Below are positions 1 through 10,531 of a stretch of DNA of 64,000 bases, one piece after another. The translations under genes and the position numbers were made by a program. The DNA is from Alphaproteobacteria bacterium (GTDB taxonomy: Bacteria > Pseudomonadota > Alphaproteobacteria > GM7ARS4 > G965262615): assembly GCA_965262615.1 (NCBI GenBank), contig OZ253545.1, positions 704,001 to 768,000 of the forward strand, in the 5' to 3' direction. The notes under the pieces are model-generated. The model was given only the letters and a program-made list of their open reading frames with translations, ran no database searches and was not told the origin of the DNA. Numbering within the stretch: the stretch's first letter is position 1; each line of letters opens with the position of its first letter.

Positions 1-3000
1 CTCACGGCTCAATCTCTCACGGCTCTTGCCGCCAAACTGCGGGTGTTCAAAAATGACATTTCTTATAACGGCACTTTTACCCTCACTGAGGGAACTGGCG
101 AGACTCTGCAAGTCACATGGTCAAATCTTGTCTCAGAGGCACTGACCTGCGCCAATAGCAGTGGCAGCATCACCTGCAATGGCGGTTTTGCCGCCGAGGT
201 TCAAAACGGATTGACGGGAGAGACGATTTTTTCCAAAGCGTCCGTCACCACAACCCTTGCCACCGCGACCATCGGCATCAATAATTTGACAGCCGTTGTG
301 AACAGTGCCGGCATGGGACATGGAATTTTTATTGATGGCACAGACAGCGATTCAAGAGTGACGGGCAATGTGACCGTCACTCATCAAACCACCACCGCCG
401 CCGCCAACAGGCAAGAAGTGCAGGTGCGCGGCGCCGAGAAAGCGGCACTTTATGTGAGGTCCGCCGCGGGGGTGAGCATCACCAATGCCGCCAATCTTGT
501 GTTCAAGGGCAGTGCCAGAAATCTACGGGGGATTTATGCCGAATCGGCGGGCGCGGGGAGTGTCACGGTGACCAACAGTGGCGCGCTTGGCTTTGCCACC
601 GCCTGCTTCACCAATTGTGCGACTCATCGGCTGCATCGGGGAATTCTTGTCTTTCATGAGGGCACAGGAACGGTGACCATCACCAACTCAGGCACCATCA
701 TCATGGGCAAAGGAGAAAATGTTGTCGGCACTGTCACTGCCGTGAGTGCCATTCGGGTGTCCTATGGGGCGACCACAGGGGCAATCACCATCACCAACAC
801 GGGAGACATTTGGGGGGATGGGGTCAGCAATGCCGTTCATTTTGCCTCCAGAGGCAACACCACTTCCACCGCCACCGTCAATTTCAATGGAGGAACGGTG
901 AGGTCGCAGGCATTGGTGCGCTCGCAAGGAGATCTTCCTCTCAATATTCATGTGCGCGGCGGCAGTGCCTCGGGCGTGTTGTTTTTGGGTGATGCCAATG
1001 AAACCGTCACCGTCAGTGGCGGCACTCTCGGATTCAATGTTGCCCGTTTTGAAGACGGAACAGATGCCCTCACGGTGAATAATGGCGGCACGCTGGCGGT
1101 GTCAAAGGCGGTTCTCATATCGGGTTTGGAGACATTCACAATCAATGCGGGCGGGGCTTTGCGTTTCTTTTTGGACAGTGCATTTACCAACACCAGTGGC
1201 GAGGATGCTCACAAATTAGAGATTACCAGCACAGTGACTCTCAACGGCACTTCTGCCAATGCCCCCACCATTTCAATTGTTGTGCCGTCTGGCTACACCA
1301 TCGGCAATCGCGTTGCCTTCACCCTCATTGATGCCACCACCCTCACGGTCAATGCCGCCACTCTTGCCGCCATGACGAGTCGGGCGCGCCTCATCAAGGG
1401 GTCAGACACTTATGCAGGAACATTCACTTTCAGCGAGGCAGCAAATGAGCGATTGCAGGTGAGATGGTCAGACCTCATTTTAGAGAGCTTTGTGTGCAGC
1501 AGAAGCAATCAGAATATCAGCTGCACGGGAGGCATTGCCGATGTGCAAAACGGAATCACAGGGACAATGATTTTCACCAAGGCTGGCATCACCACCGCCC
1601 TCACCGCCGCCACCATCACCATCAGCCGTGTGGGTGAAATTAATGCCACAGGAACAAGGCATGGAATCTTTATTGATGGCACAGAAAACGATTCAAGAGT
1701 GACGGGCAGTATCACCGTCACCCATCAAACCACAGGGACAAAGCGCGATGTGCAGGTGCGGGGCACAGATAAAGCGGCTCTTTATGTGAAATCATCTGCG
1801 GGCGTGAGCATCACCAATGGTGCAAATCTGGTGTTCGCTGGCACAACTCGCAACAACGGACTGCGCGGCATTGAAGCCATTGCGGCTGGTGCTGGCAATG
1901 TGTCGGTCACCAACAACAATGGCGCAACCATCGGCTTTGCCTCCAATTGCACCGCCAATTGTGGCACGGGTCATCGCGGCATTGTCGCCACGCGCACCAG
2001 TTCGGGAACGATGACCATCACCAACAGTGGCAGCATCAATCTGACGGGTTCTGGCACGAGCAGTCATGGAATTTATGTGAATGTGGGCAGCACCACAGGC
2101 GATGTGACAGTTACCAATCAAGGCTCTATTGCAACGGCGGGTGATATTCTTCATGTGACGGGCAACGGTTCTGCGGATGTGTCATTTTCTCACGACAGCG
2201 GCACGGCTCTGACGGGTAGTTTCACCTTTGGCGCGGGTGATGACACGCTCACCAACAAAGCAGGGCGCACCATGACCATCGCCGCCATCAGCATGGGGGA
2301 CGGCATGGACACCCTCAACAATGACGGAACACTGACTTTAGGCAGTTTCACCACTGTGACGAAAGATCTCACCGTGTCCGGTTTGGAGACAATACGCGGG
2401 CGTCCGAGCAGTGCCATGGGGCTGTTTCTTGACTATGACAACAGTGCCTTTGTTGCCATTGCGCACGCCCTTGCCATTGAATGGACGGGTCATGGGTTGG
2501 ACGGTGCACCCGCCCTTGATTTATATCTGCCTTCCGATTACATCTTGGCGGCACAGACATCATTTGTTGTGTGGGATGCCAGCAGTTTGACTGTTCAAGG
2601 TTTGGATAAGCCCACTTTTTGGCATGAGATGAGTCGCCGCTCTCGCTTGTATCGCTCTGACGGCACACTGGTGCGGGCGGCTCTCACCATTGACGAGCAG
2701 ACGGGCGGCAAGGTCACCGCCGCATGGAGCTTTGCCGAATCATCGTCTTTGACATGCGGCGTTAGCGATGGAATCGTGGGGCGGATTGATGCCTATCGGC
2801 TGGGATGCAGTGGTGGCATCAGTGGAACGCAGGCAGGACAACTGGGAGCTGGAATTGATTTGCGACAAATATTCAAAAAAGCCTCTCTTGCCACACCAAT
2901 CAATCAAAATAAAGGGGTGTCGTTGTCGCTCAACAGTCTTGCGGCAAATGTTAATACATCGGGCACGGGGCATGGCATCTTTTTTGACGGCACGGATGTG

Positions 3001-6000
3001 CAGTCTTCGGTGTCCAGTTCGGTTTCTGTCACCATTAACAATCAGCCCGCCGTCAGTGGTCAGACCGTTCGCTCCATCCATGTCAAAGGGGATGGCACGG
3101 CTGTTGGCGGCATTGATGCCGCGGCTTTTTTCGTCAGAATGAAGGGAGTCACTGCCATTAACAACCATGCCCCACTGTTTTTTGCCAAAAGCGGCAATCA
3201 AATCAACAATCGCCTTGCGGGAATGATGGTAGACCATGAAGGAACGGGCAGTCTGACCATTACCAACCATGCCGCCATCGGCGTTGATTCCACCGTCACG
3301 GTCGAAGAGACCAGCCGCGGCAACAATCATCGCGGCATCATGGTGCGGAGCAGAGATGCCTCACAAGTCGTCATCAGCAATCTTGCCACAGCAACGATTG
3401 ATGTCACTGGCTCGGCTTCTTCATCTCATGGCGTTTACATCACGGGCAATGCGAGGAATGTCACCGTCATCAATGCCGGGTCGTTGAAGGCAACGGGAGA
3501 TGTTGTTCACTATGGCGATGCCGATGGAGCGTCTCAGATCACATTTTATCAGTTGGGCAATGATGATAATCCCAGTGGCATCACCACTCGCGGCGGCAAT
3601 GACACCGTGTCTGTGGGAGCTCCACCTGTGGGCAGCGTTAGTTTTGATGTGGGGCGATTGACTCTGAGTGCTTTGGCGATGGGAGCGGGCACTGATGCCG
3701 TTCATAATCGCAATGAGCTCATCATCGGTGATGCCACGCAAACTTCTGACACCGTCACCATCTCGGGCGTGGAGCAATTTCATCTTCATGGGGGCAGTCA
3801 CTTGCGGCTCTATCTTGACTACGACAGTAACGCGTTCAAGCTGGTGACCATCAACAGCACCTTCAATCTGTATGGCGGCGAGGAATCGGGCAGTCCTGTC
3901 ATTGGGCTGGTGTTGCCGTCTGATTACACCAATCGCGGCGCGTCTTCCATTCGTTTTTTGCAAGCCACCTCCTTTGTCAAAGCGGGGGATGTGGATAACC
4001 TTGCCACAGTGCTGGAGCGCATGGGGTCTGGCTTGATTCTCTACAATCATGAATTGCTCAGGCTCGCGTATGATTCGGGAACGCTGGCGGTCGCCAACAA
4101 TGCCATGACATTCACTTGGACGGGAAACCTGATTTTGCAAAAAACAAGCCTCACCTGTAGCTACAATGAGACGGACAAAGACTTGGAGTGCACAGGTGGC
4201 ACGGTGGGGTCGGGTGCGAGCCAGCTGGGAAGAACCATTGACTTGGGCGACATTTTTGACAGCAATTCGCCTCTGACATCGCCGCTCACGGGCTTTGTGA
4301 CGGTGTTCTTTAAGGATTTAGCGGGGGATGTCAATGGCTCTGGCTCGGGGCATGGCATCATTATTGATGGCACGAATGCTCGCTCCACCATCAATGGCGA
4401 GCTCACCGTGCTGAATCAACGACTGTTTGCGCCAAACAATGATTTCCCCAAGCGAAAGGTTTTTGTCAAAGGGGACGGCACGGTCACCGCAGGCTTTGAT
4501 GCCGCCGCCATTTATGTCAAACCCACGCAAAATGTAACGCTGGGCAATCGCGGAATTCTCCAGTTTGCTCCATCAGGAACATCGTTTAGAAACGGTTTGG
4601 TGGGGATGTATGTGGACGGCGGCAGCTTAAGCACGGTCATTCTTGTGGAAAACATCAGCCGAGTTGGCTTTGCCGCCGATGAGACCATCAGTCAGAGCAA
4701 TCGCGGCACGGGGCATCGCGGCATTGTCATCAAACGGGTCGCTGATGGAGTCATCAGGCTCACCAATGTTCACAGGAATCGTGGAAACGGCGAATACGCC
4801 AGCATTGATGTGCGCGGCAGTGGAACATCGTCACACGGAATCTATCTCACAGGCGGAGCAAGCGCAGTGACGGTTCTCAGTGATGGGCCCATTTTGGCGA
4901 CAGGAGATATGTTCCATTATGCCAATGCCAACGGTGTCGCACCCATCACATTTTTCTACACTGAGGATGTGATGCAGAAAGGCAGCATCACCACTCGCGG
5001 TGGCAATGACACCCTCTGCATTGGGGTGACGAGAGATTCAGGTGATGCCTGTTCTCTTGATTCCACTTTGTATCCCGATAATATTTCCAACGGTTTTGGC
5101 AATGCCAAGCTCAATCTGACGGCGGTGCGCATGGGCGCAGGCAACAATGATCGCATCGTCAACAGAGGACGGCTCATCTTGGGAACAGCCACCACCCCCA
5201 CTCACTCAATGCCTTTCACGGGCGTGGAGGAACTGCATTTATTGCCATCCACTGAGACATTCCTAACGGCATCCTATGACACAACGCAAAAATCCTATCG
5301 CACCATCACCATTGGTGCTGACCTTGAATTGTATAAAGCACCGATCAATACCCCTCAGCCACGATTGCATTTTGTTTTGCCCGCCGATGCTCCCACCACA
5401 TCCACTGCAGTCATGGAATTGAGCGTTCAATTTGATTCCATTGGTATTGATGATAACAGTGTCGTTCTTTCCCAATACGGCAACACGATGGGCAATAATT
5501 TTTATGATGCCAATCTCAGGCTGTTGAATTCTCATAATAATTTTACGCTGAATGCGAACGGTTCTTTGACGGTCAAATGGCGACTTGATATCAATCCTTC
5601 CAGTCTGTCCTGCACCAATGATTTTGCTTGCACGGGAGGGCGAGCCAGTGGCGAGGGCGCACTGACAAAAGGAATCAGCTGGAACACGCTTTCTTTGAAA
5701 AAGGCATTGATTGACAATCAGGATCGCTCCATCACATTCAGTTTTGACAACCTTGCCAGTGACATCAACACCACCGCCACAGGACACGGCATTGATATAG
5801 ACGCCATTGACCAAGACCTCACAATTAGTGGTGATATTGGAGTCAATCATCAGAAAACATCATCGCAAAAGCGTCGGGTTTTTGTGGCTGGGGATGGCAC
5901 GCTTGTGGGGGGATTTGATGCGGCGGCGATGCGAGTGGTCTCCAGTGAGGCGGTCACCATTGACAATCAAGGCGATTTGTTTTTTCGGGCAACCAGCCGA

Positions 6001-9000
6001 ACCCTCAATAATTCGCTGGTGGCAATCTATGCCGAGAGTCGTGACGACCAAGACCACACCATCACCATCGGCAATCGCGCCGCCATTGGTGCACCGTCAG
6101 CTCTGTTCGGCTCAAAAGATGCCTTGCCAGTCACCACTTGGGGCAGCAACCATGCGGGCGTGATTGTCAAACGCAATCATGACGGAGCTGTGAGTCTCAC
6201 CAATCATGCAATGGGCGTGATTGATGTGAGGGTGGGCAGCTCGGCTCATGCCATTGTGATTGACGGCGGCAATGGTGATGACATCAGCATTAAGCAACAA
6301 GGCATGCTGTTTGCATCAGGAAATATTGTTCGTTACGCCTCGGGCACTGCCAACATTGAATTCACTCAAGACGCTCCAATTTCTCGCCTGTCGGGTGGTT
6401 CCATCAAGACCGCGGATGGGAATGATAAGATTGACATCGGTTGTGTTTCTGGCGGTAGCTGCCAATCTCGTCTCGCGGCTGCCTTTATTTCATCGTCACT
6501 ATCGCTGGGGGCGGGGAATGATAATTTGACCAACTACGGCACATTGCACTTGACGGGCGGTGGCAACTATGACTTTGGCGATGGAAGCACCGATAACTTT
6601 AATAATTACGGCACACTGTGGTGGGGCAATGTCAATCGCACCAGCGACCAGCTGACACTGGCGGGCAGTCCTATTGTGAATTTGCTTCATGGAAGCACCA
6701 CGCGCTTTTATTTGGCGTATGAGAACGATGCCTTCAAGGCGATTCCTATGGCGGGGACTCTCTTTTTGGGTGGCGCGGGGATTTCTAATGACGCAACCGC
6801 ACCCGTTATTGATTTGGTTCTGCCGCCCAACTACAGCTGGACGGGGACAAAAAGTGTCTTTGATTTAATCACAGCCACATCAATTGGTTTGGCTGGCGAG
6901 AGCGATGCTGCCAGAACTGCCCTTCTCACTTCCATGAGTGGAGTGGTGCGGTTTTTTGATTATTTGGGACAGTCTCGGACAGCAACCGCAAGCTTGACGG
7001 TGACCAACAACAAATTACGGGTTTCTTGGAGTGGTGGTACGGCGGTGACTTCTCCCGTTCTGGGCACCATTTCGCCGTCTTCTTTGACTTGTGGCTTTGA
7101 TGTCATCAAGAGGGCATTGGCGTGTCATGGTGGCGGTGCGAGTTTGGTGGGTGGCATTGTTGCGCCGCGCTTGTTCAAAAAAGCAGGAATTGGCAATGGC
7201 TTGCACAGCGATGCCACCATTTATATTGACCGTTTGGCTTCCGATGTGAATGGCACTGCCGATGGACACGGCATTGAGGTGCGCGGCGCGACGGCATCAT
7301 CTCACATTATGGACGATGTGCGTCTCAACTATCAGACGCGCACCAGAACCAATCAGGAAAAGAAGATTTTTGTCACGGGGGATGGCACTGCGACCTCAGG
7401 TGTGAATGCCGCGGCAATCTATGTGTCATCGCAAAAAGGCGTGAGCATCACCAGCTGGGGAGCATTGGAGTTTGAGCATCAGGGCAGTGAATTCAACGAT
7501 TCTCTCGTGGGCATTTATGGTGAAAGTCGCAACAATGGCGCGGTCACCATTGTCAATGGGGGACGCATCGGCTTTGGCGATGGCGAAACCGTCACCAATG
7601 CCAATCGCGGCAAGGAGCATCGGGGAATCTTTGTCAAACGCGCAGGCACGGGCGAGGCATCCATCACCAACAGTGGCATCATTGATGTGACAAGCGACGC
7701 GACCAGTCACGCCATTTATGTGAGCGGCGGCACGGGAGACATCACCGTCACCAATCGGGGAGAATTGAATGTCACGGGCGGGGATATTTTTCATTACGGC
7801 GATACCAGCGGCACGGCAAAAGTCTTGTTTCATCATGTGAGCCGCGAGAGGCTCACGGGAAACATCACTCTGCGTGATGGCAATGACACCATCCGAGTCG
7901 GAGATGCCAACAACCACACGCCCGAATGGGCGTTCACCAAAGCGACTTTGGGAAGCGGTGACAATGTCATTGACAATTACGGCGTGATGGCATGGGGCGC
8001 GCCGTCTCAAACTCCCACCATCACGGGTGGTGTGGCTAAACTCCAATTGCGTCCCGCCAGCAACACAGTCTTCTACATTGACTATGACACCAACGCAAAC
8101 CCCAATGCCTTCACCGCCATTGACATTAACACCAATTTGGAACTGTATGGCAGTGGCACTGCCGCATCTCAATTGCCCAAAATGACTTTGGTGCTGCCGT
8201 CTGACTACACACTGGCGGCATCTCAGAATGCCTTTGCTTTTTTGAACTCATCAGAAATCAGTTATTTCAATGCGCCGAGCTCGCCTGTGAATTCATCGTG
8301 GCTTGATGAAATTGCCGATGCCAGTTTTCAGCTGGTCAATGCCAATGGGTATGGCGTTGATGCCACCATCACGCTGGAAGAAAATAATAATGCCATTGAG
8401 CTGTCGTGGGCTGATGCGGCACAGGTGGCGGATGGGCGAGTCTATGGAGCTCCCAGCACCAAGCATGTCTATGGATATTGTTTGTATGACCAGCAAGGCG
8501 GCAACGGAGGACAAAAGGCATATGCGTCCTATCGGACGCAACCTCTTGACGCGCCTTCTGGAGTCAATCGCTGTGGAGCGTCTTTGGCGGCGAATTATTC
8601 ACCGTATTATAAGCCGCGCATTCCTTTTTCGGGACAATTCTTGCATGGCTTGCTGGCGAGTGGCAAGACGATTGTCAATCCCAATCGGCTGATGATTCTT
8701 GATGCGTTTTCCCAGCTTGGCGAGCGTTCCATTGTGGATACAATAAGTGGCAGAAGTCCTAACAAGCATGGCGATCATGTGCGGCGGTATGTGTTTGAGG
8801 ATTCATTTTTCAGCACCGAGGTAGACTTGCGTGCCATCGGCGCGTGTGAAGTGGATGATCTCAGTTCTCGGTTTTTAGACAGTGACTTGATTTTTGGATG
8901 TTTTGCCGCGGCGAAAAGACTCAGCAAGGGGCGTATTTTCAACACATCCTTTTCCATTGTGGGGGCGTTTGTGTGTGCTCAGGAGGCGGCGCGGCATGAT

Positions 9001-10365
9001 TGGATTATTGTCACGGCGGCGGGCAATCATCGTATCACAGGAAATCTGACGGAACCGGGCATTGCCGACCCATCCTATTCGGTGTCGGAATGCAATGGTG
9101 CGTCATCGGATGCGGGCGATTATGCACGGCGCGGCGGTGACAATGAGCGCGCCCAACCATGGGACACCGCGCCATCCGATGATGCCACGGCACAAACAGA
9201 GGCATTGTGGAAATCGGATCAATGGACGAAATGGCAGGAGAGCTACCGCATGGTGGTGGTGACCGAACTGGGAGAGACTAATGCGGGTGAAGGCAAAGTT
9301 AATTATACATCGCTGCAAGCTCCGTGTGCCTACACCCAAGAGCGGTGCCTGGGGGCGGTGACGGTGGGTGGCGGCACAAATCCGCGAGGCACGAGTTATA
9401 CTGCGCCTCAGGTGACGGCGGTGTTGCACAATTTGTATGCGGTGTGGAATCATCTTTGGAAACCCGATGACCCATCCACCACCAATGTCAATGAGTCTGA
9501 CCCCAGCCAATTGGTCAAATTATTGTTTGAGTGTGCCTCGCGCGTCAATGCCTCGGGCGGGACTGTTCCCAGTCAGAATGTTTGGGGTCATGGCTTGATG
9601 TCATACAGCTGTCTGACCAATCCTGTGGGGACGATTTCGTTGCCCTCGGCATTTCGTCTGTCTGGCGATGCTGCCAACGCCACGCCATTATCGGTGAATT
9701 CCACCGCGGACTTGGGCGGGCTGGTGGTTGCCGGCTCGCAAGTGGCGGGCGGTTCTATGACCATTTATGATTCCTATCAGCGTGATTTTAAGTATAACTT
9801 CAGCCGTGCGGCTTTGCCTCAGACACCGCTCTGGCGGCGCGCCTTGTTTGATGGCGTGACGGCGGACGATTACGGCTATTTTGCTCAGCATGGCTTTGTG
9901 GATGATGTCATGGTGATGGCGATTCATGAGTACGATGAGGCGCGAGTGATGCTCAATGATGGGCGCGGGCTGTTTGCGTCATTGACTGTGGGGCAGCGCG
10001 GCGGCAACGATTTTCACGGCTCGGGATTGTTCCAATTAGATGATGTGGTGAAGACTCGTGTGGGCTATCATCAATGCCATGAGGTGATGAGTTCATTGTG
10101 TGTCATGACTCATGCCAGTTGGGAAATGCAGCAATTGGACGGAGCGGCGGGCTCTTTGGTGCAGGATGTGCAGACCCATCAATATGACTTTGCCTTGGGC
10201 ACGAACTATCGCCACGAGATGGACGAGATGTCGGTGTTGTGGTCGGTGCGAGGATTGGTTCATTCCACCCCAGACGGTTCGGTGCGCCTCACCAACGGCA
10301 ACCGCTACGCCATCTCTGGCGATTGGGACGCCTCGGTTTCTTCGGAGTTTGTTTTGTCTTGGTGA
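1..10365 (+). CDS. Giant repetitive surface protein (5'-truncated) with C-terminal S8 subtilase domain and probable beta-barrel/autotransporter-like end
   Basis: Frame 1 is open from base 1, so the true start is upstream of the window. It has G/T/N/S-rich repeat modules and subtilase motifs in canonical order: ILD (8701), HGDHV (8767), AAGN (9025), GTSYTAPQV (9394), then WGHGL. The C-terminus is strand-like and ends in an aromatic residue (SEFVLSW). Confidence 0.8.
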   Translation, partial: LTAQSLTALAAKLRVFKNDISYNGTFTLTEGTGETLQVTWSNLVSEALTCANSSGSITCNGGFAAEVQNGLTGETIFSKASVTTTLATATIGINNLTAVVNSAGMGHGIFIDGTDSDSRVTGNVTVTHQTTTAAANRQEVQVRGAEKAALYVRSAAGVSITNAANLVFKGSARNLRGIYAESAGAGSVTVTNSGALGFATACFTNCATHRLHRGILVFHEGTGTVTITNSGTIIMGKGENVVGTVTAVSAIRVSYGATTGAITITNTGDIWGDGVSNAVHFASRGNTTSTATVNFNGGTVRSQALVRSQGDLPLNIHVRGGSASGVLFLGDANETVTVSGGTLGFNVARFEDGTDALTVNNGGTLAVSKAVLISGLETFTINAGGALRFFLDSAFTNTSGEDAHKLEITSTVTLNGTSANAPTISIVVPSGYTIGNRVAFTLIDATTLTVNAATLAAMTSRARLIKGSDTYAGTFTFSEAANERLQVRWSDLILESFVCSRSNQNISCTGGIADVQNGITGTMIFTKAGITTALTAATITISRVGEINATGTRHGIFIDGTENDSRVTGSITVTHQTTGTKRDVQVRGTDKAALYVKSSAGVSITNGANLVFAGTTRNNGLRGIEAIAAGAGNVSVTNNNGATIGFASNCTANCGTGHRGIVATRTSSGTMTITNSGSINLTGSGTSSHGIYVNVGSTTGDVTVTNQGSIATAGDILHVTGNGSADVSFSHDSGTALTGSFTFGAGDDTLTNKAGRTMTIAAISMGDGMDTLNNDGTLTLGSFTTVTKDLTVSGLETIRGRPSSAMGLFLDYDNSAFVAIAHALAIEWTGHGLDGAPALDLYLPSDYILAAQTSFVVWDASSLTVQGLDKPTFWHEMSRRSRLYRSDGTLVRAALTIDEQTGGKVTAAWSFAESSSLTCGVSDGIVGRIDAYRLGCSGGISGTQAGQLGAGIDLRQIFKKASLATPINQNKGVSLSLNSLAANVNTSGTGHGIFFDGTDVQSSVSSSVSVTINNQPAVSGQTVRSIHVKGDGTAVGGIDAAAFFVRMKGVTAINNHAPLFFAKSGNQINNRLAGMMVDHEGTGSLTITNHAAIGVDSTVTVEETSRGNNHRGIMVRSRDASQVVISNLATATIDVTGSASSSHGVYITGNARNVTVINAGSLKATGDVVHYGDADGASQITFYQLGNDDNPSGITTRGGNDTVSVGAPPVGSVSFDVGRLTLSALAMGAGTDAVHNRNELIIGDATQTSDTVTISGVEQFHLHGGSHLRLYLDYDSNAFKLVTINSTFNLYGGEESGSPVIGLVLPSDYTNRGASSIRFLQATSFVKAGDVDNLATVLERMGSGLILYNHELLRLAYDSGTLAVANNAMTFTWTGNLILQKTSLTCSYNETDKDLECTGGTVGSGASQLGRTIDLGDIFDSNSPLTSPLTGFVTVFFKDLAGDVNGSGSGHGIIIDGTNARSTINGELTVLNQRLFAPNNDFPKRKVFVKGDGTVTAGFDAAAIYVKPTQNVTLGNRGILQFAPSGTSFRNGLVGMYVDGGSLSTVILVENISRVGFAADETISQSNRGTGHRGIVIKRVADGVIRLTNVHRNRGNGEYASIDVRGSGTSSHGIYLTGGASAVTVLSDGPILATGDMFHYANANGVAPITFFYTEDVMQKGSITTRGGNDTLCIGVTRDSGDACSLDSTLYPDNISNGFGNAKLNLTAVRMGAGNNDRIVNRGRLILGTATTPTHSMPFTGVEELHLLPSTETFLTASYDTTQKSYRTITIGADLELYKAPINTPQPRLHFVLPADAPTTSTAVMELSVQFDSIGIDDNSVVLSQYGNTMGNNFYDANLRLLNSHNNFTLNANGSLTVKWRLDINPSSLSCTNDFACTGGRASGEGALTKGISWNTLSLKKALIDNQDRSITFSFDNLASDINTTATGHGIDIDAIDQDLTISGDIGVNHQKTSSQKRRVFVAGDGTLVGGFDAAAMRVVSSEAVTIDNQGDLFFRATSRTLNNSLVAIYAESRDDQDHTITIGNRAAIGAPSALFGSKDALPVTTWGSNHAGVIVKRNHDGAVSLTNHAMGVIDVRVGSSAHAIVIDGGNGDDISIKQQGMLFASGNIVRYASGTANIEFTQDAPISRLSGGSIKTADGNDKIDIGCVSGGSCQSRLAAAFISSSLSLGAGNDNLTNYGTLHLTGGGNYDFGDGSTDNFNNYGTLWWGNVNRTSDQLTLAGSPIVNLLHGSTTRFYLAYENDAFKAIPMAGTLFLGGAGISNDATAPVIDLVLPPNYSWTGTKSVFDLITATSIGLAGESDAARTALLTSMSGVVRFFDYLGQSRTATASLTVTNNKLRVSWSGGTAVTSPVLGTISPSSLTCGFDVIKRALACHGGGASLVGGIVAPRLFKKAGIGNGLHSDATIYIDRLASDVNGTADGHGIEVRGATASSHIMDDVRLNYQTRTRTNQEKKIFVTGDGTATSGVNAAAIYVSSQKGVSITSWGALEFEHQGSEFNDSLVGIYGESRNNGAVTIVNGGRIGFGDGETVTNANRGKEHRGIFVKRAGTGEASITNSGIIDVTSDATSHAIYVSGGTGDITVTNRGELNVTGGDIFHYGDTSGTAKVLFHHVSRERLTGNITLRDGNDTIRVGDANNHTPEWAFTKATLGSGDNVIDNYGVMAWGAPSQTPTITGGVAKLQLRPASNTVFYIDYDTNANPNAFTAIDINTNLELYGSGTAASQLPKMTLVLPSDYTLAASQNAFAFLNSSEISYFNAPSSPVNSSWLDEIADASFQLVNANGYGVDATITLEENNNAIELSWADAAQVADGRVYGAPSTKHVYGYCLYDQQGGNGGQKAYASYRTQPLDAPSGVNRCGASLAANYSPYYKPRIPFSGQFLHGLLASGKTIVNPNRLMILDAFSQLGERSIVDTISGRSPNKHGDHVRRYVFEDSFFSTEVDLRAIGACEVDDLSSRFLDSDLIFGCFAAAKRLSKGRIFNTSFSIVGAFVCAQEAARHDWIIVTAAGNHRITGNLTEPGIADPSYSVSECNGASSDAGDYARRGGDNERAQPWDTAPSDDATAQTEALWKSDQWTKWQESYRMVVVTELGETNAGEGKVNYTSLQAPCAYTQERCLGAVTVGGGTNPRGTSYTAPQVTAVLHNLYAVWNHLWKPDDPSTTNVNESDPSQLVKLLFECASRVNASGGTVPSQNVWGHGLMSYSCLTNPVGTISLPSAFRLSGDAANATPLSVNSTADLGGLVVAGSQVAGGSMTIYDSYQRDFKYNFSRAALPQTPLWRRALFDGVTADDYGYFAQHGFVDDVMVMAIHEYDEARVMLNDGRGLFASLTVGQRGGNDFHGSGLFQLDDVVKTRVGYHQCHEVMSSLCVMTHASWEMQQLDGAAGSLVQDVQTHQYDFALGTNYRHEMDEMSVLWSVRGLVHSTPDGSVRLTNGNRYAISGDWDASVSSEFVLSW
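142..8420 (+). repeat. Six divergent ~420-490-aa protein repeat modules
   Basis: Each module opens with C-x(n)-C-x-GG (about nt 142, 1489, 2749, 4150, 5605, 7084). HGI(F/I/D/E), AA(L/I/F/M), H(R/A)G(I/V) and (S)HGIY/HAIY motifs follow in similar order. Confidence 0.8.
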
Positions 10366-10531
10366 TGACGAGCTAGCTACTGCATGTCCTCAAAGACTGG
10401 GTGTAGCCAAAGCCAAGGCACTCGTCCGAGACTCCCATTTATTCCCCGAAGGTATTGTATTCATGGGTCACCCAGCCCTTTGAATGTTCTGATTTTGGCG
10501 ATTAGAAATTGAGCATAAAAATAATGCCGAG

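Noticed and set aside
10366-10531. Possible gene remnant between the giant gene and fic
   Set aside because: No recognisable protein motif or RNA structure in the frames I checked.
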